From a virus, in the IMG/VR virus record IMGVR_UViG_3300032242_001280: a stretch of DNA of 64,000 nucleotides; one strand, given 5' to 3'. Below, piece by piece: positions 54,956 to 63,606 of this stretch. The translations under genes were made by a program, and so were the position numbers. Within the stretch, counting starts at the first letter, position 1. Every line of letters begins with the position of its first letter. A model generated the notes under the pieces. The model saw only the letters and a list, made by a program, of their open reading frames with translations, was not told the origin of the DNA and searched no databases.

Positions 54956-56083
54956 TTAATTTGGTGTCCAGCGATGCCTTGGCACTAATTTTATGTTTGG
55001 GTCGCCATAGTGAACATAGCCTTCGCCGCCGCGCTGACCTTTGGTAGATTGCTGAATATCACCGCCTTCGCTATCTAATTGGTCAATAATTTGATTTTTG
55101 ACTGTACGAAGATTCTCTAGTGTAGCAAAGGTTGCAATAAAACCTTTTTGGTTTTGCGCAATCCAGTCGCTAATCTTTGCTTGCATTGGCGCACTTTGTT
55201 TGCTGCTACTGTTTAACCAGTTTACAAACTCACTAGCAAGATCGTTTGTTCTACCAACTCTTGCCATTTGATTATTAAAGTTATAAAGAACGCCTTTAAA
55301 CCCTGCCATTTTCATGGCAGCGAGGCGGTCATCGTCCAAGAAGTTATCAATTACATTTTTGTTTGCAGCAATATACTTTTGTAAGTCTTGTAACTTTTTT
55401 GTATCTACTTTTATAGGCTGTTGTGCATATCGTGGACCTAACACAATCAATCCTTGTGTTTGATTAAATTTAGTGAAGTCATCTATTGGTTGTTGTTGAT
55501 CATCGCCCATTCCAAATTGTGGAAAGAAAGCATGCCCAACAACGGCTGCAGTTGCTTTTGAAATACGCTGCCCAAGTTCAGTTGTTGTTGGTACGCTATA
55601 TGTTACATTGTTTGGTGTAAAGGTATATGAATCATTTTCCATTTGTGGGCGGCGCATAAACAACAAATCGCCATACACATATCCACGAAAATCTTTAGGG
55701 GTTGCTGCTTCGAATAGCGCCCATAAACTAGCATACTCGTTTGCAAAACGCATACGCTCATCTTCTTTATCTGGCGTTACATTGCCAGTGCTCATAATAA
55801 ATTTTACAAGTTCTTGTGGACTGCGACTTTTACCACTGTCATTTGGCTTTAACCAACCGTTGTGCCCAACCATTATAAAACTGCCATCTGGTTCGCGTCC
55901 CCAATATACTTGAGGTTTACCGTCCCATTTCCAACGAATTTGAGTTGGGCTACGAGCAAGATCACTGAGGCGACTAACTGCTGTCTCTGCTCCAGCACTG
56001 CCGCTGATAAGCACAAGGTCTTCTACATGCTGAAATGCACGACCAACTTTTGGGGCTTCGTTAATAATTTGGTTTATAAACAT
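54956..56083 (-). CDS. Ligase-like covalent nucleotidyltransferase (DUF6267-like) with CTS-like leader MFINQIINE
   Basis: KWDG (motif I), YGDLLF (III), GEGYV (IV), IKLV (V); QHVED N-terminal motif. Confidence 0.65.
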   Translation of the reverse strand: MFINQIINEAPKVGRAFQHVEDLVLISGSAGAETAVSRLSDLARSPTQIRWKWDGKPQVYWGREPDGSFIMVGHNGWLKPNDSGKSRSPQELVKFIMSTGNVTPDKEDERMRFANEYASLWALFEAATPKDFRGYVYGDLLFMRRPQMENDSYTFTPNNVTYSVPTTTELGQRISKATAAVVGHAFFPQFGMGDDQQQPIDDFTKFNQTQGLIVLGPRYAQQPIKVDTKKLQDLQKYIAANKNVIDNFLDDDRLAAMKMAGFKGVLYNFNNQMARVGRTNDLASEFVNWLNSSSKQSAPMQAKISDWIAQNQKGFIATFATLENLRTVKNQIIDQLDSEGGDIQQSTKGQRGGEGYVHYGDPNIKLVPRHRWTPN

Positions 56084-56093
56084 TATGCAATAT

Positions 56094-56570
56094 TTATAGG
56101 TTTTCTAGGAACCACATATATGTGGGAACTGAAAACTTCAAACGCCATTCGCCGTTGAAACCAAAATTTTGATACTTTTCAGGCGTTGGAGTATCTGAAA
56201 AAACAGGAGAACCATTACTAGTTCCTGTCTGGCGATAAAATTCACCAGATGAATAGTATAGATAATCTAATTCAATTTCATCTATCTCAACTTGTTTTAA
56301 ATTTAACAGTTGGTCTTTTAAAATTTTTCCACTATCATCTACTTGTGTGTTTATGTCTGTTTTACCAAGAAGGCGAATTTTTAAATAGTGTTCGCCTTCT
56401 TCTAAATCTTCGCTAAAACTAATAACTTTTTGTTGCCCATCTTCTTCTTTTTCAGTAACTTGTCCATATTCAATAAAATCATCATCAATCAATATTTCAT
56501 AGTTTGGTGCATCTTTCCACCAAACAGAATCCATTGTTAATTTAAATTCTACAGTTTCAATATCGGACAT
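56094..56570 (-). CDS. Hypothetical acidic protein
   Basis: 158 aa; GFNGEWRLKF..P.YMWFLENL. Confidence 0.65.
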   Translation of the reverse strand: MSDIETVEFKLTMDSVWWKDAPNYEILIDDDFIEYGQVTEKEEDGQQKVISFSEDLEEGEHYLKIRLLGKTDINTQVDDSGKILKDQLLNLKQVEIDEIELDYLYYSSGEFYRQTGTSNGSPVFSDTPTPEKYQNFGFNGEWRLKFSVPTYMWFLENL

Positions 56571-56571
56571 G

Positions 56572-57462
56572 TTACTTTCCTTTAGAAGAAATCTTTAATT
56601 TGCTTTTGTCACCACTATTTAATTTAAGTTTAATTGGCGTTGGTGCGCCTTGTGGTGGAGCAGTCTGTGGTTGACTCTGTGGGTCAAGATGATGCGGTCC
56701 ACCATTTGAAACTTGGTTTGTCAACACCTTCTTAAGTTCTTCAACATTACCTTCGTACTTGTGATATCCAGTATGATCCAGTTTAATGCCAGTGTCAGCA
56801 AAAATCTTACCACCAGCAAGTCGCCATAGATAACAGAATGTCCAATCTTCGCTCAGATAATTGTCATCCTTATCAATCATGGTATCAAACAAGCCATACA
56901 TAAGTGGTTCGTATTGTGGACCAATACCAATATTATCGCGATATTTTAATTCTGGATGCAATGAGATTAGGTTCTCAATAACATGACGCTTAACCATCAT
57001 GAAACCAGTTCCAAGTGTACTAACTTCAACAAGGTCGCCCATAGTAACTGGATTTGGAACAGTGTTAATAACATAACGAATTGGAATACGCTTCATTGGA
57101 TATACGCCACCGACGACATCCTGATTGGCAAGTAGTAGACGAATGATTGCTTCTGGGTCAAACCCTAAGTCAACATCAATAAACATAAGGTGTGTTGCTG
57201 CTTGATTATACAAGAACTTAGCAACAAGATTGTTACGACCACGGGTAATAAGTGATTCGTTAACCATGGTATCAATTGAATAATTAAGACCAAGTTTTCC
57301 AGCAATGATACCAAACTTAATCATTGCGATAAAAGTAGCTTCGTTACATAATCCGCCGTACATTGGCAGACAGAAATGAATATGTTGTTGGCGGAGAAAT
57401 TCTAGTGCTTCTGGCGGTAAGCCATGGTCGTTCTGTGGTGGTACAGTATTTTCTTCAGTCAT
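56572..57462 (-). CDS. GT-A fold glycosyltransferase-like protein
   Basis: PMYGG, ESLITRGRN, HLMFIDVD (DxD), GGVYPMK, GTGFMM, YLSEDWTFC, LDHTG. Confidence 0.75.
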   Translation of the reverse strand: MTEENTVPPQNDHGLPPEALEFLRQQHIHFCLPMYGGLCNEATFIAMIKFGIIAGKLGLNYSIDTMVNESLITRGRNNLVAKFLYNQAATHLMFIDVDLGFDPEAIIRLLLANQDVVGGVYPMKRIPIRYVINTVPNPVTMGDLVEVSTLGTGFMMVKRHVIENLISLHPELKYRDNIGIGPQYEPLMYGLFDTMIDKDDNYLSEDWTFCYLWRLAGGKIFADTGIKLDHTGYHKYEGNVEELKKVLTNQVSNGGPHHLDPQSQPQTAPPQGAPTPIKLKLNSGDKSKLKISSKGK

Positions 57463-57495
57463 TCGTTGATAATCTTTCCTAAGTTTTATTGAGTA

Positions 57496-57867
57496 TTATG
57501 TATTATATAGCACTCTACCAATGTTACCCGCAGAAAAGTTTGTTATGTGGGCACGACACCAGACGAAGTTGCCAGTAAAATTGAAATAATAAGTTCCTGA
57601 AACAGGAGTAGTTCCATCACCAATACTAGTGTCAGGAACATCAAACCAATCGCTTTCTTGTGGATTGGTTACGAGAGTAGCTTGAAATTTTAATATGCCT
57701 TTAAAAGCTATAACATTATAGGTTACTGTGTGCAACCCATCGGTATAACCATAGTAACCATTGCCTTTAAATTGGTTACTGCTCCAAGTAGTACTAGAGC
57801 CATCATATGGCGGATAAACTTGTCCAAACTGAATTGCACTTAATACTACGGTCGGTAAACTAGCCAT
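57496..57867 (-). CDS. Hypothetical beta-rich (probably structural) protein
   Basis: KGNGYYG..DGLHTV..QATL..P.ESDWF..NFTGNFVWCRA. Confidence 0.6.
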   Translation of the reverse strand: MASLPTVVLSAIQFGQVYPPYDGSSTTWSSNQFKGNGYYGYTDGLHTVTYNVIAFKGILKFQATLVTNPQESDWFDVPDTSIGDGTTPVSGTYYFNFTGNFVWCRAHITNFSAGNIGRVLYNT

Positions 57868-58027
57868 TATTTTCCACTTCTACTAAACATTTGTCGCCAG
57901 CAAGTTCTTGAATAACTGCAACCAACTGGTATACTGTATCCTGATCTAGTTTTGTGTCAGCAGTTTTATTGTCTGCAACTAGTTGTGATACCTTAATTGT
58001 AATTGATTCTTCAAATAGGTGTGCCAT
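57860..58027 (-). CDS. Small hypothetical protein (55 aa; not in ORF track)
   Basis: MAHLFEESITIKVSQLVADNKTADTKLDQDTVYQLVAVIQELAGDKCLVEVENNG*; GGAGAA RBS; ATAAATA at 58043-58049. Confidence 0.7.
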   Translation of the reverse strand: MAHLFEESITIKVSQLVADNKTADTKLDQDTVYQLVAVIQELAGDKCLVEVENNG

Positions 58028-58370
58028 TGATATTCTCCAAAGTATTTATTCTAGGTTTACGACCACGCTTTTTACCTGCGCCACGAACCACGCCATTTGC
58101 TTTAATATCATATGCAAGTCCAAGGCGCGTAGGTTCCATGCCATCAATTTCATCAATCTTGTCAATGGGAACACTAAACTTGCGACCTGTTCGATGTGAA
58201 GAAATAAACTTCATGGTGCCTTCATCGCTGACAATTCTATCTACATTAAGGAATAGCAGCTTTTCCGTTGGCATACCACCAAATGCAGAAACTGGACATC
58301 TTGCTAAGATACGAGTTTTGCTATTCACGATACCACGATTGATAAGGGCTGTTGCTAATTCTAAATTCAT
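58011..58370 (-). CDS. Hypothetical protein with basic tail
   Basis: IDGMEPTRL..AYDIK..GKKRGRKPR. Confidence 0.65.
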   Translation of the reverse strand: MNLELATALINRGIVNSKTRILARCPVSAFGGMPTEKLLFLNVDRIVSDEGTMKFISSHRTGRKFSVPIDKIDEIDGMEPTRLGLAYDIKANGVVRGAGKKRGRKPRINTLENINGTPI

Positions 58371-58374
58371 TGTG

Positions 58375-59076
58375 TTACACCTTTACTTTCTTTACTAATT
58401 TGTAAACTTTTTTAATTCCATTTTGAAATAACATATACAACAGTGGAATATTGTCTGCACTTCTGCAGAATACACGAACACTGCCATAATAATAATGATT
58501 ATCAAGTCCTATCATAGCACGAGAACACCAACGGTTTAGCTCAAATGACAGGAACAAATCATCTTTGTTGTTATTAACAAACTCATACAATTCAAGCAAG
58601 TTTTGTCTTTGTGTTTGTTTGCTACTACCTTGTCCACCACCTACCCAACCCCAATAAGTTTCAAAGTCAACTTGATAAGGAACTGTTGGATCATATTTTT
58701 TCTCACTTACCAGTTTAACATCTACTGCGATATTGTCAAGGTTTTTTATCGCTGTAATATACTGATCATTACTTGTGGTAAATCTTTTGACTGCGGCAAG
58801 AAGTGATGGATCATCAAGAATAGCATCAAGTGCTGTCGTGCTATTGGTAAAGAAACGCAAGTATGATTCTTTACGAAGCCGACAGTCTGGGTCAAGATTT
58901 TTTAAGGTTTTTCGCATATTTTCACGAATATCCCAATCTCTTGGAATTGCTAATTCTACACGAAAGTGATACTTGCCATACCACAGTTTGTTTTCGGTAT
59001 CAATGCGCCACTTAAACAAATGGTCTCTGAACCGATCACGGTATTCAATTAGCGTTAATTCTGCTATCTCTGTCAT
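58375..59076 (-). CDS. Hypothetical protein
   Basis: 233-aa ORF; KLWYGKY. Confidence 0.65.
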   Translation of the reverse strand: MTEIAELTLIEYRDRFRDHLFKWRIDTENKLWYGKYHFRVELAIPRDWDIRENMRKTLKNLDPDCRLRKESYLRFFTNSTTALDAILDDPSLLAAVKRFTTSNDQYITAIKNLDNIAVDVKLVSEKKYDPTVPYQVDFETYWGWVGGGQGSSKQTQRQNLLELYEFVNNNKDDLFLSFELNRWCSRAMIGLDNHYYYGSVRVFCRSADNIPLLYMLFQNGIKKVYKLVKKVKV

Positions 59077-61282
59077 CTTGTGCTACCAATTCTAGCTTGT
59101 CAACATTTAGGTCTACCTTAATACTAGCATGATTCTTTGTCTTGTCAAACAAAATCATCTTAGCTAACGGAACTTTAATGTGTTCATGAATTGTGCGACT
59201 CATGGGGCGAGCACCTAAACTTGGTGTATAACCAGTCTTACATAGCCAATCAAGCGCAGAATTAGTTAATGATACAGATGTATTCTTTAATGCAAGTTGT
59301 TCATTGAGTTCACGAATGAATTTCCCTGCAACCTTGCGAATAGTAGCGCCATCAAGTTTATTGAATGTAACAATCGCATCAACACGATTTCGAAACTCTG
59401 GACGGAAAAACTCTTTAACAGCAGCATCAACTGTATCGCTGCGATCTTGATTACCAAAACCAATAGCAAGGCGTTCACTGTCTGCAGCACCAAGATTGCT
59501 TGTCATAATAAGAATAGATTGACGACAATCTGCTTTCTTGCCATTGCTACCCGTAATAAAACCTTCGTCCATTACTTGTAGTAGAACTTGAGTTACATCT
59601 GGGTGCGCCTTTTCAATCTCATCAAAGAGAATGATACAATGTGGGTTCTTTGCTACTTCACTGATGAGCAAGCCACCAGCTAGGTTACTATCTTCATATC
59701 CAACATAGCCAGGCGGTGCACCTATAAGGCGTGAAATAGCATGTTTTTCTTGATATTCACTCATATCAAAGCGCAGCAGTTTCATGCTTAAACGATCTGC
59801 CAGTTGCTTAGCAAGTTCTGTCTTACCTGTGCCAGTTGGACCAAGGAATAAAAACGATCCAACAGGTTTATTATCACTTTTTAAACCAGCTTGCGATACC
59901 CACACACGATCAAGAACCTTATCGACTGCAGTATCTTGGTTAAACACAATAGATTTAATTTCTGTGCCAATATTAGGCATAATCTTTTGTGTATTTTCTG
60001 CGCCAAGTTGTGCTTCTGGAATACCAGTGATACGGGAAAGTTCACGACGAATTTGATTTACATCAATGGTACGAGAACCACGAGACTGTGTACGACGAAG
60101 CGCAGCAGCACTATCAATAAGATCAATTGCTTTATCTGGTAACCGCTTGTCTGCTTGATAACGATGACTTAAGTTTACTGCTTCATTAATAGCATTTTCT
60201 GTGATTTTTACATTATGGAATGTTTCGTAGATTTCTTTAAGACCAAGCAGGATTTGCTTACTAACTTCAACACTTGGTTCATCAACAGTAACACGATTGA
60301 AACGACGCATAAGAGCACGATCTTTTTCAAAGTGCTGCGTATATTCTTCCCAAGTTGTTGATGCAATAACTTTAAAGTCACCACGAGCAAGTGCTGGCTT
60401 CAACATGTTGCTCAAATCAACTGCACTGTTGCTGCCACCACCTGCGCCACGCATCTGATGTGCTTCGTCAATAAACAGGATAACATTTCCTAATTCTGTT
60501 GCAGCAGAAATGATTTCTTGAAGTCGCTCTTCGAAATCACCACGATATTTGGTACCTGCGAGCAAGCTGCCAATATTGAGGCTGTAAACTTCATAGTTCT
60601 TAATAAACTTTGGTACATTGCCATTGATAATATTCAGTGCAAGACCTTCTGCAATTGCAGTTTTACCTACACCTGCATCGCCTACGAGCAACGCATTGCA
60701 TTTATTCTTACGAGCAAGAATTTGTGTTAATTCAGCAAGTTCTGTTTCACGCCCAATTACAGGATCAATCTTGCCATTTGCTGCTTGAGTATTAAGGTTT
60801 GTGCAATACTCTTCCATTGTTTTGGTGGCAAATCCACCCGCCGATGTTTTCTTTGGCTTAGATTTATTATAAATTTCAACGACTTTTTCTGGTTCTACAC
60901 CATACTTGTTTAAGAAATATACAGCGTGACTGTGAATTTCTTTAGAGATACTAAGGTATAGATCAGTAACATGAATAGTTTGACGACCAAGTAAAATAAC
61001 TTGTGTGAAAGCACGATTGAACACTCGCTCAAGACTTTGTGTTCTTTTTGGTTCATCTATGGATTTTACTGGAACATTATCAAAGATATGCTCTTCGATT
61101 TCTGCGGTTAGTTGCTCTACATCAACTCCTAACCCTTGCAAAATTCCAAAGAATCCTTTTTCATGGAGCATACTAAGCAATAGATGCTCAATGGTGAAAT
61201 ATTCGTGACTGTTATCCGTTGCAAACTGCTTTGCAAACTTAACAATCTTTTCTAGGTCGCCGTTACTACTAAATTGGGTCAT
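59045..61282 (-). CDS. clpA: ATP-dependent Clp protease ATP-binding subunit ClpA
   Basis: EHLLL, DPVIGR, GDAGVGKT, GTKYRGDFEER, FIDEAH, LPDKAIDLID, GPTGTGKT, RLIGAPPGYVG, DEIEKAHP, IGF loop, GARP. Confidence 0.95.
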   Translation of the reverse strand: MTQFSSNGDLEKIVKFAKQFATDNSHEYFTIEHLLLSMLHEKGFFGILQGLGVDVEQLTAEIEEHIFDNVPVKSIDEPKRTQSLERVFNRAFTQVILLGRQTIHVTDLYLSISKEIHSHAVYFLNKYGVEPEKVVEIYNKSKPKKTSAGGFATKTMEEYCTNLNTQAANGKIDPVIGRETELAELTQILARKNKCNALLVGDAGVGKTAIAEGLALNIINGNVPKFIKNYEVYSLNIGSLLAGTKYRGDFEERLQEIISAATELGNVILFIDEAHQMRGAGGGSNSAVDLSNMLKPALARGDFKVIASTTWEEYTQHFEKDRALMRRFNRVTVDEPSVEVSKQILLGLKEIYETFHNVKITENAINEAVNLSHRYQADKRLPDKAIDLIDSAAALRRTQSRGSRTIDVNQIRRELSRITGIPEAQLGAENTQKIMPNIGTEIKSIVFNQDTAVDKVLDRVWVSQAGLKSDNKPVGSFLFLGPTGTGKTELAKQLADRLSMKLLRFDMSEYQEKHAISRLIGAPPGYVGYEDSNLAGGLLISEVAKNPHCIILFDEIEKAHPDVTQVLLQVMDEGFITGSNGKKADCRQSILIMTSNLGAADSERLAIGFGNQDRSDTVDAAVKEFFRPEFRNRVDAIVTFNKLDGATIRKVAGKFIRELNEQLALKNTSVSLTNSALDWLCKTGYTPSLGARPMSRTIHEHIKVPLAKMILFDKTKNHASIKVDLNVDKLELVAQDDRDSRINAN

Positions 61283-61288
61283 ATTATT

Positions 61289-61316
61289 AATATAACAGAT
61301 TTCTATTGTTTGTCAA
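61289..61316 (-). promoter_or_regulatory. sigma70-type promoter of clpA (leaderless)
   Basis: TTGACA (61311-61316), 16 bp, TATATT; ATG 6 nt downstream; the -35 box contains the dnaJ stop codon. Confidence 0.7.
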
Positions 61317-62185
61317 GTATTTATAGGACGAATTTTTTGAATTTCTTTGATTAAATTTAACTGGTCGGTTGTTAGGGCAGTTGGTATCATGATATTGATC
61401 TTGGCTATGTATTTACCTCTACCAGCGTTATGGTTTCTAGGAAAACCTTCGTCTGTAATGCCAAACTGCGATTGGTGCTGCGTTCCTGGCGGAACATATA
61501 ACTCTATTGTTCTGCCGCTTGGTAATTGTACATTAAGTGTATGTCCAATAATTGCTTGAAAACAATCAATAGTAATGTCTTCAATGATGTTTTCGCCATT
61601 TCTGAAAAACCTGTTATGTGGTTTTATTCGTATAGCTACTTCAAGGTTTCCACGAGGGATGCCAATATTTAAATCATCACCGCGATTGGCAACAGTAAAA
61701 ACTGTGCCACTATCAACGCCACTAGGAATCTCAATCTGCAGTGTTTCTGTTGTATTTGAAGTTTTATATTCTAGAACTTTAACCTGCGAATTAAGTGTTT
61801 CTAAAAAATCTAGTTCAACTGTTAATCTGATATTACGATTGCGCTGTGGTTGACGAGTGTGAAACCCAAAATGTTGAAAAATTTGTTCATGTATGTTTGG
61901 AAACGGATCGCCAGCATTGAAGTTAAAATTAAATTCAAATGGATTGCCGCCGCCAGAATGTTGTGCATGTGGGCTATACTGTGGTTGAGGATTGCGCAGC
62001 ATATGGTCATAATGTGCACGAGCGTTTTGATCACTTAGTGTACTATATGCCTCGTTAATCTGTTGAAACTTTGCCAGATCACCGCCCATATCAGGGTGAT
62101 GTTGCTTTGCAAGTTTTCTAAATGCAGATTTAAGTTCTTCTGGTGTAGCATTTTCTGTTACACCCAATGTTTGATAATGACTCAT
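61313..62185 (-). CDS. dnaJ: DnaJ/CbpA-like (class II) co-chaperone
   Basis: J-domain YQTLGV..HPD..INEAY; G/F-rich region; C-terminal domain; no zinc finger; start MSHYQ at 62185. Confidence 0.9.
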   Translation of the reverse strand: MSHYQTLGVTENATPEELKSAFRKLAKQHHPDMGGDLAKFQQINEAYSTLSDQNARAHYDHMLRNPQPQYSPHAQHSGGGNPFEFNFNFNAGDPFPNIHEQIFQHFGFHTRQPQRNRNIRLTVELDFLETLNSQVKVLEYKTSNTTETLQIEIPSGVDSGTVFTVANRGDDLNIGIPRGNLEVAIRIKPHNRFFRNGENIIEDITIDCFQAIIGHTLNVQLPSGRTIELYVPPGTQHQSQFGITDEGFPRNHNAGRGKYIAKINIMIPTALTTDQLNLIKEIQKIRPINT

Positions 62186-62224
62186 ATTGGTAATTATGCC
62201 ATAATTGTTCTTAGGAGTCAATTA

Positions 62225-62839
62225 TTAAGTGGTACTAATTGTTCCGCCACTTGGCTTTACTCCAGCCGCCGCGCTAGCCGCTGATGTTTTCTCTTGTGTT
62301 CTACCATAAGCACTAATACCAAGAATAGCACCAAATGCAAGGTGAATTAATCCACCATTTGATAATGTAAGGCTTTGCCATTGAGCATATGTAACCGTAT
62401 TGGCACCAAGACTTTTCAAGAAGATCGGCATTAACATACTTAAAACTGGCGCAATAACAAAGTCAAACGCACAGATTAACATATAAAGCCAACCCATTGC
62501 TGGACGCCAGTATGACTTCATCCAGTGTTCGCTTTCTTTATCTTTTTTCTTGGCTTCTTCTTTTGCTATTTGTGCTCGTTCATAAGAAACTTCTTCTTCT
62601 TTTTGTTCTTCATGACGAATTTCAATTTGCATCTTATGAATTTCTTTGCGTTCTTCAAGATGAAAACGCATTTCTTCAAGCATTAATTTACGAAGTTCAA
62701 TATCATTAGATAGCGAAACAGGTGGCGCAAGGGATTCGGTTGTAGCAGCAGTTTTTAACTGCGCATCTGCTGAACGCTCATCATCTGCCATACGGCGAGG
62801 ACCAACTGGCTCGTCATCTTCATCAATTGGTGCTGCCAC
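62225..62839 (-). CDS. Holin-like membrane protein (3TM holin family)
   Basis: WRPAMGWLYMLICAFDF, WQSLTLSNGGLIHLAFGAILGISAYGRTQEK; GTG 62839 with AGGA RBS (or ATG 62791). Confidence 0.6.
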   Translation of the reverse strand: MAAPIDEDDEPVGPRRMADDERSADAQLKTAATTESLAPPVSLSNDIELRKLMLEEMRFHLEERKEIHKMQIEIRHEEQKEEEVSYERAQIAKEEAKKKDKESEHWMKSYWRPAMGWLYMLICAFDFVIAPVLSMLMPIFLKSLGANTVTYAQWQSLTLSNGGLIHLAFGAILGISAYGRTQEKTSAASAAAGVKPSGGTISTT

Positions 62840-63221
62840 TAGTGCTTCCTGATTTAGTTGTACCACTAGTAGAGGCTTGGCTATCGTAGTACTGCTTGTA
62901 TGCGTTAATTTGTATTTGATATTGTCTAATGATTTTAACAATGTTGGCTTGATTAATTGCCATGTCTTCATAATCTCTTGGACTAATGGCGAAAAGGCTT
63001 TCGCTATGTGCTTTTCCAAATGCCGTGTCAATGTGATCTTCACTTCCTGGTTTTGCTGCTTTATTTACCACATGCCATTCTACATCATTCAGCTTAACTC
63101 GGTCTACACTTGGTAGCACAAGAGTTGGGCGTTCAACAGTAACGACTGCTGTGGTAGGCTGCATCGTCTGGCAAGCAGTGAGTAATAAACATAGCGGGAG
63201 TATTTTAGCAACCTTGAGCAT
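62823..63221 (-). CDS. Outer-membrane spanin (Rz1-like lipoprotein)
   Basis: Lipobox LLLTAC; overlaps the i-spanin 3' end. Confidence 0.7.
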   Translation of the reverse strand: MLKVAKILPLCLLLTACQTMQPTTAVVTVERPTLVLPSVDRVKLNDVEWHVVNKAAKPGSEDHIDTAFGKAHSESLFAISPRDYEDMAINQANIVKIIRQYQIQINAYKQYYDSQASTSGTTKSGSTSGSTN

Positions 63222-63606
63222 TGGTTATACCTTTGTTGATTGTATCTTCAATACAGCGGAATGATTTGGCTGTGGCATCATTCATACGCTTCTTAACTTC
63301 GGCTGGTTTTGCAGCAGCAAATGCGCCAAGGTCACGATTATTCTTTGTGAACTTGTCCTGAATATCTTGTACTTCATTGCGAGCAGCTTGATAATCATCG
63401 AATGTCTTTTGTGAAATAGCTTGCTGTTCTTTTAAATCTGCTTGTGTTTTTTCTAGCGTTGCAGTAGTAGTTTTGAGAGCAAAATCTTTTGTTGCAACTT
63501 CTTGATTTAATCTTGCTAGTTCATCTTGCGTATATTTAAAATACCCAACACCTGCACCAATTAAACCAATGATAACAAATATTTTCCAAAGACTAAATCC
63601 AAACAT
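63205..63606 (-). CDS. Inner-membrane spanin (Rz-like)
   Basis: N-terminal TM segment, coiled coil, C-terminal Cys residues. Confidence 0.7.
   Translation of the reverse strand: MFGFSLWKIFVIIGLIGAGVGYFKYTQDELARLNQEVATKDFALKTTTATLEKTQADLKEQQAISQKTFDDYQAARNEVQDIQDKFTKNNRDLGAFAAAKPAEVKKRMNDATAKSFRCIEDTINKGITNAQGC

Noticed and set aside
62840-63043. Long N-terminal extension of the holin-like ORF
   Set aside because: Lies wholly within the o-spanin gene in another frame; better starts exist at 62839 and 62791.
4974-63116. Many antisense or nested ORFs in the track (e.g. 20866-21411+, 21510-22022+, 40362-41006+, 52568-53056+)
   Set aside because: They are shadows of well-supported genes, with no motifs or RBS.
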